Part shown: piece by piece, positions 15,257 through 28,323 of the stretch
Position numbering within the stretch: the first letter of the stretch is position 1
How the letters are laid out: each line of letters opens with the position of its first letter
Origin: the human T2T-CHM13v2.0 reference genome, Homo sapiens
Direction: 5' to 3' (one strand)
Assembly (NCBI RefSeq): GCF_009914755.1
Contig: NC_060926.1
DNA length: 64,000 bases
The notes under the pieces: model-generated
Seen by the model: only the letters and a program-made list of their open reading frames with translations
What the model was told of the DNA's origin: nothing
Databases searched by the model: none
Made by a program: the position numbers and the translations under genes

Positions 15257-15277
15257 CGGCGGCGGCGGCGGCAGCGG
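15257..15277 (-). repeat. Short CCG/CGG trinucleotide repeat at the UXS1 5' end
   Basis: (CGG)5 CAG CGG on the + strand, ~60 nt upstream of the ATG. Confidence 0.9.
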
Positions 15278-17700
15278 CCCCGAGAGCCCCGCCTCCTGCC
15301 GCCGCGCGCCCCCGCCCCCGCGCGCCTGCTTCCTGCTGGCGGGATCACCGCGCAGGCGCGCCTCCACCCCCTTCCTCCGGCTCCGCCCCCGCCCCTCCGG
15401 CTTCTCTACCCGCAGGCGCAGTTGCCGCCTTTCTTGCCTTGGTTTTCGAAGAATGTGACCTGGAGGGCTGGTGGGCGGTGCGGCGCGCCGCAGCGCATGC
15501 GCGTTCCGGTCTGTTTTCCCTGAGTTAAAGCGCGCGGGTGCCAGCCGGGAGGTGCGGCTGGATTCGTTTCGCTGAGGTGCGTCCCCAACCCAAGGGCACG
15601 ACTGCAGTGGCCAGTTTCCGAGCCCCGCCCGGAGGGGGGCACGCGGTGGGCATTCCGGTGTTGCAGTGAAACGAAACTTATTTGCTAAACTTGGCCGAGC
15701 CTTAGAAGTTGAATGCCTGCCTCAGAAAGTTGCCTCGTTCTCTGGGCTGTTTAGTTGGCTTTTTTTAGTTAGAATATCGGCAGCGAAAATGATAAATCCC
15801 CTAAACCTTGCCGAAGTAAAAACTGGCTGCGTTTTTTTTCCTTGGCTATGATCAACTGGGGTGCCTTCGTTTTAATAATAGTCTTTTATTATTATTTTAA
15901 AAAGCAGTGCTAAGTATATTAATTTAGGATAGACTTGGAAAAGAAAAGATGAAATTGCGCTGTCTCTGCCTAGAGAAAAACCCTGACCATGTTGTCGTGT
16001 GTGTTTCATTCAATCTTTTTGTTGAGTATATCTGTTTTATGAGTGCTGTACTGATTGCATAGGAGGTACCTGTGTTTAAAAAGCATTTACTGAATGATGA
16101 TTACAAGCAAGGAGATGTATCAGAAGATCCACAGATAATCGGAAGCTTGTCATTGGATCTGGAGAGAGCTGGTCCCATGGAGGAAAAAAAGACAGGTACA
16201 CACAGATGTGTGTGATGCCACATTAAGAGAGATCCCGGATTTGGGATCTGCAGGCTTCAAGAGGTCATCTTCAGCTATACGGAGAAATTGAAGTCAGCAG
16301 CGGCTCTCCTACCTCTTGGAACCTCAGGCCATTTTGCAAAACTTAATAGATCACCCTCCTTTAGATTTATTAGAAACCTCCAAGAAAAGGAAATATGGCA
16401 GCTGGTATTAAAGCAGCAGCTTTATGTTACATCTTTCAAACTATAGTGCAAATGATGTGATTCTGATAAAACCTACCTCCATCCTACCCCTCCCCTAAAC
16501 CTGTTGAGAATCCCTGACTAGGAGGAAACACTGAGCGGTTTGCTAAGGCGGATTGCCCCTGCTATGCATGCTGCCCATAGATGGAGTGGACTTCTTTCGA
16601 GAAGCCCAGCTCCCTGACTCTGACGTGTCCAAGGAGGCTGCCAAGTGACAAAACACCTGGCATGGGAGCCTGAGTCCTGGGTTCCCAGAGGGGCCAGGCC
16701 CCCAGAGCACACCAGTTTGGAACAAATCGATTTTGTTTGTAAGTCTGCATTTCCTCGTGGCTTTCTGGGTTTGCCTTAGATCTATGGTTTTTGAAAAGAG
16801 AACTAGAGCAAGTGGAGCTCTAGGCCTTTCCCATTCCATGACTCCGTGGTTTTTAGATTAAAGATGAGGAGCAGAAATGGAAGAAAATAATAGTTCATTA
16901 ACATTTGACCTATGGGCAAAATCAGACTGAAGCTTCTAGGCGGATTTCAAGCATTTTAGGTTTTAGGTAGGGTTTAGTTGATAGGTATCCTATTAGACGA
17001 CAAAGGTCAGAAATTGTGGGGTATTTGCCATTTCTGTACTAAACTCCTTAAGCCCAGCATTCCCAGTTAGCATTTTTTTCTGCTGCTGGACACTACTGCC
17101 AACTTCTGCCCTGTGGGATTAAGTATATGGAAATACCATTAGCAGCTGCAGTTGAAATAGCTGCTGCTGTCATTATTGCCACCCAGAAGGCGGTTGGTGT
17201 CCCAGGACACTGGTGTCTTGCTCAGCCGCAGCCAGAATTAAAAAGTAAGCAATAGTAAGTGTGCACCCAGTGGAGGTAAGAAGGCCTGAGGGAGGGAGAT
17301 GCCAAGGAGACCCTCCAAGCTCCTCCGGGCATCTTGGGCGTAGGCAGCACCATTTCCCTGTGCTCCTTGCCTCCCTTGTTTCTTCCCAGACCCCCTTGTT
17401 TCTTCCCAGCCCATCCCCACTTCCCCCGCAGGTTCTGGGCTCATCCCTCCCTGCTCCCTCCCCTTACTGTCAACCCCCTCATATTTCCAGTGGATAGGTT
17501 AACAACAATATTTTTGAGCGATTACATATTTTTGAACAAGTTACAAAGGTAGTGTTTTTGACACTCAGGGTAATTAAAAAATGAATTGTAATATGACTTC
17601 TAAAGTGTTTAAAGCCTAAGGAGTGGAGAAAATTAACATTTATTAAACCTCTACAATGTGCCAGGGACTGTTATGCAATGCACTTTCATTGTTACCTCAT

Positions 17701-18360
<660 letters not shown>

Positions 18361-18429
18361 CTCATTTAATTCTTGCAACAGCCCTGTGGGGCAGGGTTGC
18401 CATTGTTGCTGCTCTTTAAAAAAAAAAAA

Positions 18430-18730
18430 AATTTTTTTAAATTAATTTTTAAATCAACAAAAATTGTATATATTTATGATGTATCATATGAGGTTTTAAT
18501 ATATGTATAGATGGTGGAATAGCTAAAACTAGTTTGCTTCCACCTTTTGGGTATTGTGAATAATGCTGCTGTGAACACAGGTGTACAAATATCTCTTTAA
18601 GACCCCACTTTCAGTTCTTTTGGGTACATTACCCAGAAGAGGAATTTTTGGCTCATAAGGTAGTTGTGTGTTTAATTTTTTTGGGAACCTCTATACGGTC
18701 TTCCTTAAGGGCTGTACTGATTTACATTGC
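18430..18730 (-). mobile_element. L1MA/MB 3' fragment
   Basis: TTGTGAATAATGCTGCTGTGAACA...CAAATATCTCTT is the antisense L1 ORF2 end / 3' UTR. Confidence 0.7.
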
Positions 18731-19288
18731 TGCTGTCATTAATAGATGAGGAAACTGAGGCTCTGAACATTTGATAAGTGTCCCAACACTTGGTAGGTGG
18801 CAGGGTTACCAGTTACTTGGCTTGGTAAGTAACAGGGTTACCAGTCACAGAGCTGGGAGTGTAGGGCTGGAATTTTAAGCCATGATTTTCCCTGTGTGAG
18901 GATGCTTTTCTGGAGTTGAGTGCAGACTTGCACAGAAATGACTATCACTCATAGCAAAATGTGGTGAAGTGGTCACTGTGGGACAGGGTCGCATGAATGG
19001 CTAAGGAATTTCACAACAGGAAGGTATGCTTCCAGGTCATGGACTGTGGTTTGCCATGCCGGGACCAGCTGACAGGCTCACAAGAGCTGACAGTTAGCAA
19101 CTGTTCCTCTGGGATTATTTGCACCATGGAAATAACGCAATTGCTACATACCAGGGATTCTTTTTTTTTTTTTTCTTTTAACTAGCATACTTCTGCTTGC
19201 AGATGAGAACAGTGAGAGAGAGAAAGCTTTGCAGAGCAGGACCTACGTGAGCTGAATTTGAAAGGATGTAGTATAGGATTTGGACTCA

Positions 19289-19725
<437 letters not shown>

Positions 19726-19769
19726 GAAGTGAAGGTGTAAATAATGTTGGAAAGGAAGGCCATAAGGGT

Positions 19770-20320
19770 TAGTATAAACTAGGCATCAATCACACCCTCA
19801 TCAAGGGTTACTTTCTTTCCTGGCTACTCACTAGCAGTGTCAGCCTCCATCTTCATCTTTGCACTCTACTCTGAACACTGCTGGGCCTAGCGTGTGCTCA
19901 CTGCATCTTCCAGGCTTCGCATTATGCTCTGCCAAGAGAGGGCCCCGGAGGAAGATCAATGGGCAGAGGAGAGATGCTTCTGTGTCAGTTCTTCTAGCGT
20001 GGCCATGGCTAGTGGCTGCTGATAGTTGCTGGCACTTGCTGCAGTGAGGATGGGGTGATTCTGGACTCAGCAGCCCCAGGGAGGCAACATCTTTTCAGAA
20101 GTTGACCCCTGTTATCAAGGCCCCTCTTCTCAGCTGATCTGCAGCTGACAGCTTCTGATCTCTGGGCATCACTTCTTTCATTTTTGCTTCTTCAGAATCT
20201 CTCTTCTCCCTTTGGTGCTTCTTAACCCTGCCAGCATCTTTGGAACCAAACCCCTATATTAAATTTTTCCTGTTTGAAATACTTAACAATAGTTTTCCTG
20301 ACTAGATCTCAACTGATACA
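19770..20320 (+). mobile_element. Old ERVL LTR (LTR33/LTR41-like)
   Basis: 3' end ATTAAATTTTTCCTGTTTGAAATACT...TTTTCCTGACT...ACTGATACA; 5' boundary uncertain. Confidence 0.45.
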
Positions 20321-20689
20321 TCCTCACATCCTCCTCTGATGAAGGTGAGAAAGAAGGCTTGGTCTCAGACCTCCTCCTGAGGTGCCTGCCATGAAGCTGC
20401 TCCTCCCTGCCATGCCAGCTGTGCCATGGCCACATAAGTTTTCCTGTTGGTAGTGACAACCCTGCGTGTATTGGAGTCCCTTTCTGGAGCATATGTTTCT
20501 CTTTCCTAGGGTCTCAGGAGAAGGATAGATGCAAGGCCTTGCTGCCCTGTTGCTTTATTTCCCAACATACCATCACCCCAGGATGAGTGAGTATGCTAGA
20601 TCTTCTTACTGGTTTAGGCAGACAGATGGGTTTAATATAGCATCATAAATAACTTAAAATTGCTTATCTAACATTCCCATTCTTGAGTC

Positions 20690-21720
20690 TTTTTTAAAAA
20701 TATACTTTATTTTTTAGAAGGCTTTATGTTATGGAAAAATTGAGAAGATGGTGCAAAGAGTTCCCACATACCCCATACCATTTTTCCCCTATTATTAATA
20801 TCTTGCATCTGTATGGGACTTTTATCACTTCATACCAACAGTTCACACTATCAACATGATTTGTGACTGCTGATGTGGACCTTGATCAGATCAATGCCAA
20901 CTGAGGTAGTATTTATCAAGTTTCTCCACTGGAAAATTATTCTTTAACCCCTTTCCATACTGTACTCTTTGGAAGGAAGTCACTATATGCAGCCCACAAT
21001 CAGGGAGTGGGGCATCATGCTTTCCTTCCTTGAGGGTGGAGAATCTGCATAAATTCTTTGGAATTCTACTGCACAGGAGTTTGTCTCTTCTCTCCCTTTG
21101 TTAATTTGTTCCGTCATTTATTTATATCAGTATAGACTCATGGATATTTATTTTATACTTGGAGTTATAATACAGTACTACTTTATTAATTTTATCACTC
21201 AAATTCTGCCAGTGTATGTTATAGGAAGCTCTTTTGTTTGGCTTCTGTGCCCCTTTGACATACTCCCATCATTGTGGAGTTTCTAGGTTATTGTTTTTGT
21301 CTTAGCATTTTCTTACTTTCTGGCACTCACAAGAAACTCCAGACTCATCTTGTATATTTCCTGCCCCAGTCCTAGAATCGGCCATTTCTCCAAGATCCCT
21401 GTTTTCTTTTATTGGAGAATAGTATTGGAAACCAAGATTTGGGTACTAGGTGTGCTAGTGCTACTGGAGTGTTGTTGCTTCTAGGTGTTCTTAGCTCATA
21501 GAGCAAAGAAATGTGTGTATGTGCACTAACCTTTTTATATACACATAGCAACAAATATATCTATAGATAATCTATATCTATAAACAGGAGTTCCTACTGA
21601 GGTCTCCAACTCTAATACATTGCCACATGGATCATTTTAGGATCATCTCCCTAAACCTGGCTCCCACCATCTGCCATCCGTTTACTAAATCATTTGATTC
21701 CAGTACACACGTATAGCAGT
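20690..21720 (-). mobile_element. L1MC/L1MD 3' UTR
   Basis: TACTCTTTGGAAGGAAGTCACTATATGCAGCCCAC and CCTGCCCCAGTCCTAGAATCGGCCATTTCTCCAAG motifs. Confidence 0.7.
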
Positions 21721-21775
21721 GTCATTTGTTTCTTTGACCACGGGATGGCATCTATGCAGATTTCTATCCTTTCCC

Positions 21776-21777
<2 letters not shown>

Positions 21778-21808
<31 letters not shown>
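21778..21808. repeat. (CA)15 microsatellite
   Basis: Directly visible. Confidence 0.95.
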
Positions 21809-21810
<2 letters not shown>

Positions 21811-24134
21811 TTCCTCTCCTCTGCTCTCCCCACAACCTTGCATCCCACCCCAACTCTGGAACTCCTATTCATTCCTGTGCTGTGCAGTTTGTCTTCCCTT
21901 GTTTTGTCCATACCCATGAAGGACTTACCTTCCTCATCTATACCTGCTAATAAAAGTGTTTTCTAACAAAATCCAGTTCCCTCCCTAAGACGCACCAAAG
22001 ACCCTTAAAATATTTTCTTAAACCTGACCAGGATAAGAGTCTGGCCTTTTGTCTACAGACAGTGGGGTGTGACTGTCTGTCTCAAGCAGTAGCTCCCATC
22101 ATCCAGGCAGGTTTTCCAGCAGCATCGGCTGGAGTGGGAGCGGTCTCAGGAGAAGCTCATGCATAGAAGGCTGCTGCAGCAATTCAAGTGGACAAGAGCG
22201 AGAAAAGCTAGTAGTTGTGGTGGAAAGGGCATAGGAATAACTTTGAGGGTTATTTTAGAAGTTGAATGACAGATATTCTGGTTGATTGTATAGATCAACA
22301 GGGAGAAAGAGTAATCAAATGAGACTCTCATGTCATATGCTGGGGTGACAGGTCCTCCTGAGGTGTTAGTGAAGACTGAAAGTTTTTTTCCTCCCAGGTG
22401 TTTGTATTTTAATGATTCTCCTGGACTAGAATTCAAAGTTGACAAATAGGTCTTATATGCCTGCCCACTCCAGGAGAAACGTGGGGTTGCCTGAAGCTCT
22501 GAATTAGGAAGGGCATCCAGACACAACAGGAAAGTGCTGTGATATTGGTAATGCCTGTGTGGTTTCAACAGGGTGGGACAGGGACTGGGGGGGAACCTAT
22601 GATTCATGGTTTTCATGGTTCTATCGGCAAGTTCCCTCCAGTTCAATAATTTCATCATGAATTTTTATGTACTAAAACTGCCAATGGAGGAGATAGTTTT
22701 GAACAAAAGCCTCCATATCATATAATGTAGGCAATTCCTTCCTTGTCTAGTCTAAGGCTGGTCTTGTATTCTAGACTAAAATAACCAATGAGCTGTGTGA
22801 GAGCCCAGTCATAATGAGTTCCTCAAAACTGACCTAGGGCTTTGCGCAAACCACTGTATGATAAGGCAATAGTGAATTAACCAGTTAATTGTGAATTAGG
22901 TATCAGCCACTACTAAGTCATACTTTTCAGACCTTATGATATCTTAAGGTATGCAAGCATGGGATCTTGAAAGGCAGAGCTACTGCTAGGCCATTATGAT
23001 ATTTTGATAGGGAGCAGGAAAAGGCTCCCTTTCCTCAATGTACCTTCTTTACTTCTTTCTGGAAATTGTTATGATATAGATCTGTATATATACCCATGCA
23101 TGTATGTGTGTGCATATATTTTATATATATATATTTCTGTGATATTGTGCCTTCAGTCAGTGCACAACCTGCACAACTAAACATGGTGTATGTAGTCAGC
23201 AGTGAAGGTAGGATGTAGTGATGTAATGAGAAGGTAGGGGAAAAGATAGAAAGAAATGGCTTCCCTATATGCATCTGGGGCTATGGAGTTACAGCAATTA
23301 GATTTGGGGTTTCTGGTGCACAATCAATTCTAACTTAACCAATTCTAATTTAAAGTTCTAACTGCTCAAAGGTACTTTGAGCAGACAAGCAGCTGGTACA
23401 TGAAAAAAACTGACATGAAATAGTCCTCTTCTTCATGTCCTCCACCTCCACTTCACTGTCTGGTCCTACAGTCAAGGACAGCATCAGGGAAGGTGGAAGG
23501 TGCCCAAATTGAGTCAAAAAGCAGAGGAGGTAATCAACCATGAAGGCACCCTGAGTCTGTAAAGTAATAAAACTCATAAAGTAGATGGGAAGACAATTCC
23601 ACTGACATTATAAGAAGGTGATCATTCTGAAGGACAACATTCATTTAGATATATGTGCAAAAGTCAGTTCCTTTACTATCATACTTCATATGCAGCCTTA
23701 TAATTGCTTTTACATTACCAAGATAAGGGAAAAGCAGAGCTCTTGTGATGGTAGCAAATTTCCATCATAAGGTAATGTGCAGGTGTCAAGGCTGAGATGG
23801 GAAAAATTTTAAATGTTAATAGGACAAAACTAAAGCATTTTATCAGAATAAAACATACAGTGGGGAGGGAGAAAGGACAGAAGACACAGTGTTAAGTGGA
23901 TGTCAATTTGTTCATTTTAAAGTCAGGTAAGCCTAGTTTAATATACAGGTTCAAGGGGACAAGAAACACTGATAAAACAGCAGGTCAAAAAGCCAAAGGC
24001 CTTTCTCCCTTCACAAGCCAGAAGAAGTTAGTCCCCAATGCTGAATTTGCTAGAGGGAAATCTGCACTGGAAAAAAAAAGAATTTCAAAAGAGATATCCC
24101 TAGGTGGATTTCTAAATAAAATAAAGTAGCATTA

Positions 24135-24428
24135 CTCAAGTGTCCTTCAATGGTTGAATGGATAAACAAAATGTAGTATAAACATACAATGGAATATTAT
24201 TTGGCCTTAAAATTCTGGCACATAGTACAATTGGATGAGCCTTGAGGACATTATACTAAGTGAAATAAGCCAGTCACCAAATGACAAATATTGTGTGATT
24301 CTACTTATATGAGGTACCTGGAGTTGTCAAATTCATAGCAACAGAAAGTAGAATGGTGGCTTTTAGGGGGTGGGGAGAGGGGGAAATAGAGAGCTGTTGT
24401 TTAATGGGCATGGTGTTTCAATTTGGAA
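24135..24428 (+). mobile_element. L1MB 3' fragment
   Basis: GAATGGATAAACAAAATG...GAGGACATTATACTAAGTGAAATAAGCCAGTCAC...ACAGAAAGTAGAATGGTGG. Confidence 0.8.
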
Positions 24429-24429
24429 A

Positions 24430-24548
24430 AAGCACAGGTCACAGATCCTATTGTAACTTGCATTTCTTTTTCCTGGGTACATCCTCAATCTGGGCAAAAT
24501 AAACCTCTAATCAACGAAGATCTGTCTCAGGCACTTTTTGGTTTACAG
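24430..24548 (+). mobile_element. MER4-group ERV1 LTR 3' fragment
   Basis: GGCAAAATAAACCTCTAA...TGTCTCAGGCACTTTTTGGTTTACA. Confidence 0.5.
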
Positions 24549-26092
24549 TAAAAATGAGAAGACCTGGAAGCTGATGTTTGGGGCATGGAGTAGAACCTGG
24601 GCATGGGGTAGGGTAGTGACTGTGTGTACACACTGAAAAGACAAGGCTGTGATAACAAGGAAAAGCCTCTCCTCGCTGGTCAGACAGGAGACATATCCCA
24701 GTAAAACCTGGCTCTGGTGTCCACCTCTCTCAAGACAAACACATGTAGAAATTTGAGACAGAGATAGGCAGAGCTTGGTTTAAATTCTAGCTCTGTCATT
24801 TTGTAGCATGTGACTTGGTCACATTCATTAAGCTTTTAGAACTTAACTTCACATCACTTGTTATACAGACAGCTGATCCATAAATAGCACAATTATTGTG
24901 AGGATTAAATAAGCAAATGCAAGTAAGTGATTCGCAGACTCTCAGCTCATGCTATGGGAATTTTTTTCTCTTTTGGGGACCTCACTCAAGGAGTTGTCTT
25001 CTTACCCTGTTCATTACTCATTATCACTATCCATCCATGCAATACATCCAATTATTAACATTGTTCTAGAAAATAGTCTACTATTGACAAATGCTTTCAA
25101 ATACATAAATTATGAAATGCTGAGGTGTTCCTGCCAATGCTAATTACTAAGGCAAAACTCCAGCTACCATTTCACTAAGATTTCCAAAGGAGTCAATTGT
25201 CCCCCAAAACTAAGCTCCTTCCTTCTGTGTTCTATGAGATCCACTGCCTTAGGGTGACTGTGAGACACAGCAGTAGCATTAGAAAGGGCTCACTCCCGCT
25301 TCTTTTTGGTAAAAGAGATTTTGTTGCTAAACATGGTGAGCCACTGAACCCTCCAATAGGGGATGAGGCTTTGAACAGGGGATGAGTTTTGTCCACTGTT
25401 AAACAGATTCCAAAGGTGCTTGGCTGCATGTTCAGGCCTTGGGGCATGGAGCTAGGATTGAGGCTCTGGTGCTGCCTGAACCCAGACATTGCAGACTCAA
25501 GATGATTGAGGGCAAGTGCATTGGAGGGTGGGGGCAGGGGGAGCGTGGGGGTGGGGGACAGGGCAGGATGGAGAGGAAGGGGGTAGGGTGGGACAGGACA
25601 GGGAGGATGAGGGCAGGGCACAGCAGGGAGGTTGTTGTTCTGCAGGGCTGGGTGAGTGTTAGGGAAAGAATGCTAATGCACCTAACCAAGAAGTATTAAG
25701 TCACAAAGTTTTGTTCTTGGTTGTGCAAAGAAGAATCACCATGTGACATGAGTCAGGTCCTCCTAGGAGTTGCCATCAGGGAGGGAATTATATGATATCC
25801 CTGAAAACCAGGTCTAAGCAAAGCATACAACACTATAATTGTCCTCTTATTTTTCTATAAAATGAGGATTTTCACATGTTCCTTATGAGTTGCTGTAGCC
25901 AAAGCCTTCTTCCTTGTGATCTGGGAAAAAAGGGTTCCTCCTGTTTGTCTTAGATCACCCTGCAGGTACATGTGGGTTGGAGCTGGTGTCACTCACTCCC
26001 AGATGAAGGCTTGGAGGTCCATGAAGGGGTGAATAAGACCAGGGTCTCATGGTTTCTTTATCCTTCTTCAGCTTTGTCTGCTTAGTTTTCAG

Positions 26093-26157
26093 ACTATCCT
26101 GAGGGAGAATGTGGAGGAAGACAGGTGGCAGCCGAGTTCCTGACAAGGAACCCACGG
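26093..26157 (+). pseudogene. Probable start-codon exon of a KRAB-ZNF pseudogene
   Basis: ttttcag acceptor; GTG GCA GCC GAG TTC CTG ACA AGG AAC CCA CGG|gtgcgt reads (V)AAEFLTRNPR, resembling the MAAxFLT... pre-KRAB exon; no ATG remains. Confidence 0.5.
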
Positions 26158-27185
26158 GTGCGTGGGGACTTGCTTTTTCTCCTGAGTTGATTACCCTTTG
26201 CCAGCAGGCGAGCACATTTCTCCTCTTGGCCTGGATCTTATATTAGTAAGGGCGTCCGGGAAGTGTTCATGCAAGTTCTGTTTTTCCAGAACTCTGGAAT
26301 CCTCATAGCAGGTGAAGAACTGATCATGAGATCATGTCCTTCCCAACATGTACATTAATTTTTTCATTCTCCATTGAGGATGTCCTTTCAGGGAACATAA
26401 GTGAAGGGCTGTCTTTTTCTCATCCATCCAATGCTGTGTTAGGGAAATGACTCACTCAATTAACCATGTCAGTGGCTGCAGGGGTCTTAGGTGTGTGGTG
26501 ACCACAGGTGACAGGGATGTGTGACAGCAGGTGCTGAAGGTCGGGTATGGAGGTAGGGTTTCACCAGGTGCTCAGCCTGTCAGGCCAGGCAGCTTCCACG
26601 TACGCTACTTTGTCTCTATCCTCATCTGTTTTCTTTCACAGCACTTACAACTTCCTGAACATTGTTTACTTAAATCTAGTTTATCAACCACTAGAACACG
26701 TCTTCCTGACCACAGTTTTGTGTCTTTATTACTACTCCATCTCCAATATTGAGAACAGTGCTGGGACCTCAATGACTATTTTTTTGAATAAATAAATGGA
26801 TTAAATTTTTTACTAAGTGACAATACTGTTTTAAGCACTAAGCTAGGGTTTGAGACCATAGTAATAAAAATATAGCCATTTTCTTTTCCAAATAGAACCT
26901 AGATTGTTCCAATGGATCTTAATTTTATTGCATTAATTATGAGAATAAATTCCACAACCCACTGTGGAAACATTTAAATCTTCACTGCTGCTGAGACTCA
27001 GGGGCTTGGTGTCAGGGGTTTTCCTTCCTGCTCCAGGGAAGGGCCCTCAATGTCCTTGGTGTTCAAGGTGCTCTTCCCCGGGTGCCCTTCCATGCTCGCC
27101 TTGTCTTGTTGGGAGCCTGCCTTAGATCTGAAGATCACGCACAGTTCTCACACAGAATTCAAAATCCATGCAACTTTGCCCAGAG

Positions 27186-27279
27186 AGCATCAGCTCTGCA
27201 AGTCATTCATGATTTCCCAGTTGAAACAAGGAGCAGTGCTGTGGAGGGAAGGAAGGATTTCCCCAGAGCCCAAATCCAG
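27186..27279 (+). pseudogene. KRAB-B exon of a ZNF596/ZNF705-like pseudogene
   Basis: HQLCKSFMISQLKQGAVLWREGR/FPQSPNP then CAG|GTGAGC. Compare ZNF705A [31 protein letters not shown] and ZNF596 KQLCKSVVLSQLEQ (recalled). 94 nt, versus the canonical 96. Confidence 0.8.
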
Positions 27280-27772
27280 GTGAGCTGCAGACAGATAGGC
27301 TCAGTGCAGGAGGTGACTGGTCAGTGAGGGACAGAACTTTGATAATGTCGAATGCAGATGACCTTGAATGAATAATATTTTTAGAAAACTATGAGAAGCC
27401 ATTGGGAGAAAAATTCCATATATAATGTTATTATTTCTCATATATGTACCAGTTTCATTCACATATATTCATGTCTTCTTAGAGGTAAATTTTCACATTG
27501 TGACCTTTGCCCTGGTCCTTTCCCTTTGATGATTTTCCTTTTCATGACCTCTCCAATATTACATCTTTATTTTTTCTCTTCATTCTTGAAAATACTTTAA
27601 AATTTTTAATTTCCCCAAATGTCTTCCTAGTCACTGGTGTATTCCTCCATTTCACGTCTCTCCCATGTGAGAGCCAGTATTTGAAACCTACCCACGTGAG
27701 CCTTGTATCCTTTTCAGTGTGTTCATTCTCCTAATGCCAGTCTAGCAATTTAATTTTTTTCAATTATTTTAG

Positions 27773-27856
27773 GCAGGCAGGGTGGCCTTTAAAAACAAGA
27801 AATGGTATCCATACACTTTCTCTGGAGGAAGGAGTCCCTCTACCTTCTTGTCAATG
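27773..27856 (+). pseudogene. Linker exon of the same pseudogene
   Basis: ttttag|GC AGG CAG GGT GGC CTT TAA AAA CAA GAA ATG... reads RQGGL*KQEMVSIHFLWRKE/PSTFLSM, similar to ZNF705A [27 protein letters not shown]. In-frame stop, a frameshift, and donor mutated to ATAAGC. Confidence 0.65.
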
Positions 27857-28323
27857 ATAAGCTTCATGGGGGTGAACCCTGTTCCTCCAGATTAGAGACC
27901 TGGGGATGCGCTGAGTTAGGAACACACCACAGTCACATGGCTTTAATTAGAGCTGGGAGTGTGTCCCTTCATATGGTTTTGGATATTTGAATTTAGGAAA
28001 GAAATTAACCTGAGCTCAAAATTATAACCTGAATTCTTTATAAAAGGACAATTGCATAGACATGGCTGATACCTCATCTTTGAAAAATAATGAAGCCTTG
28101 AAAATACATCAGATAGTTATACTGTTGAGATGCTACAAAAGAGAAAATATCTGTGCAAGCAAGAGTCTGTGTGTAACTAACATACATTTGCATATAGCAA
28201 TATGGAAGTGATTTTGACTGGAGACTATCACGAAATGATCATTCCAGAATCTATCTGTAGAGAAATTAATGAAAGTATGAGGGTAATCAGTCCTTCAGCA
28301 GCCTGTCACCTTCCCAACAACAG

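Larger units (their letters stand above)
14430..15665. promoter_or_regulatory. UXS1: CpG-island promoter of UXS1 (TATA-less) with GC boxes, an NRF1 palindrome and an ETS-like site
   Basis: Very high GC and CpG density; CCCCGCCCC/CCGCCC Sp1 boxes near 15309-15395 and 15623; GCGCATGCGC at 15493-15502 directly followed by GTTCCGGT. Confidence 0.9.

Noticed and set aside
14896-15348. 150-aa minus ORF as a single-exon protein
   Set aside because: It is UXS1 exon 1 read through the GTGAGT donor into the intron; only 15195-15102 is supported.
14788-15528. 246-aa + strand ORF, and the overlapping 250-aa minus ORF at 14349-15101
   Set aside because: Low-complexity Pro/Arg/Ala/Gly products expected from stop-poor CpG-island DNA; no recognisable domain.
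18789-18848. Imperfect ~32-bp tandem duplication (CTTGGTA.GT..CAGGGTTACCAGT)
   Set aside because: Old local duplication in a MIR tail; no evidence of function.
22146-22658. 170-aa minus ORF
   Set aside because: Overlaps L2-like decayed sequence; no homology, exon structure or coding features seen.
26500-26545. ACAGGGATGTG as a KRAB-A (YRDV) remnant
   Set aside because: Too short, and the flanks do not match KRAB-A in any frame I can read.
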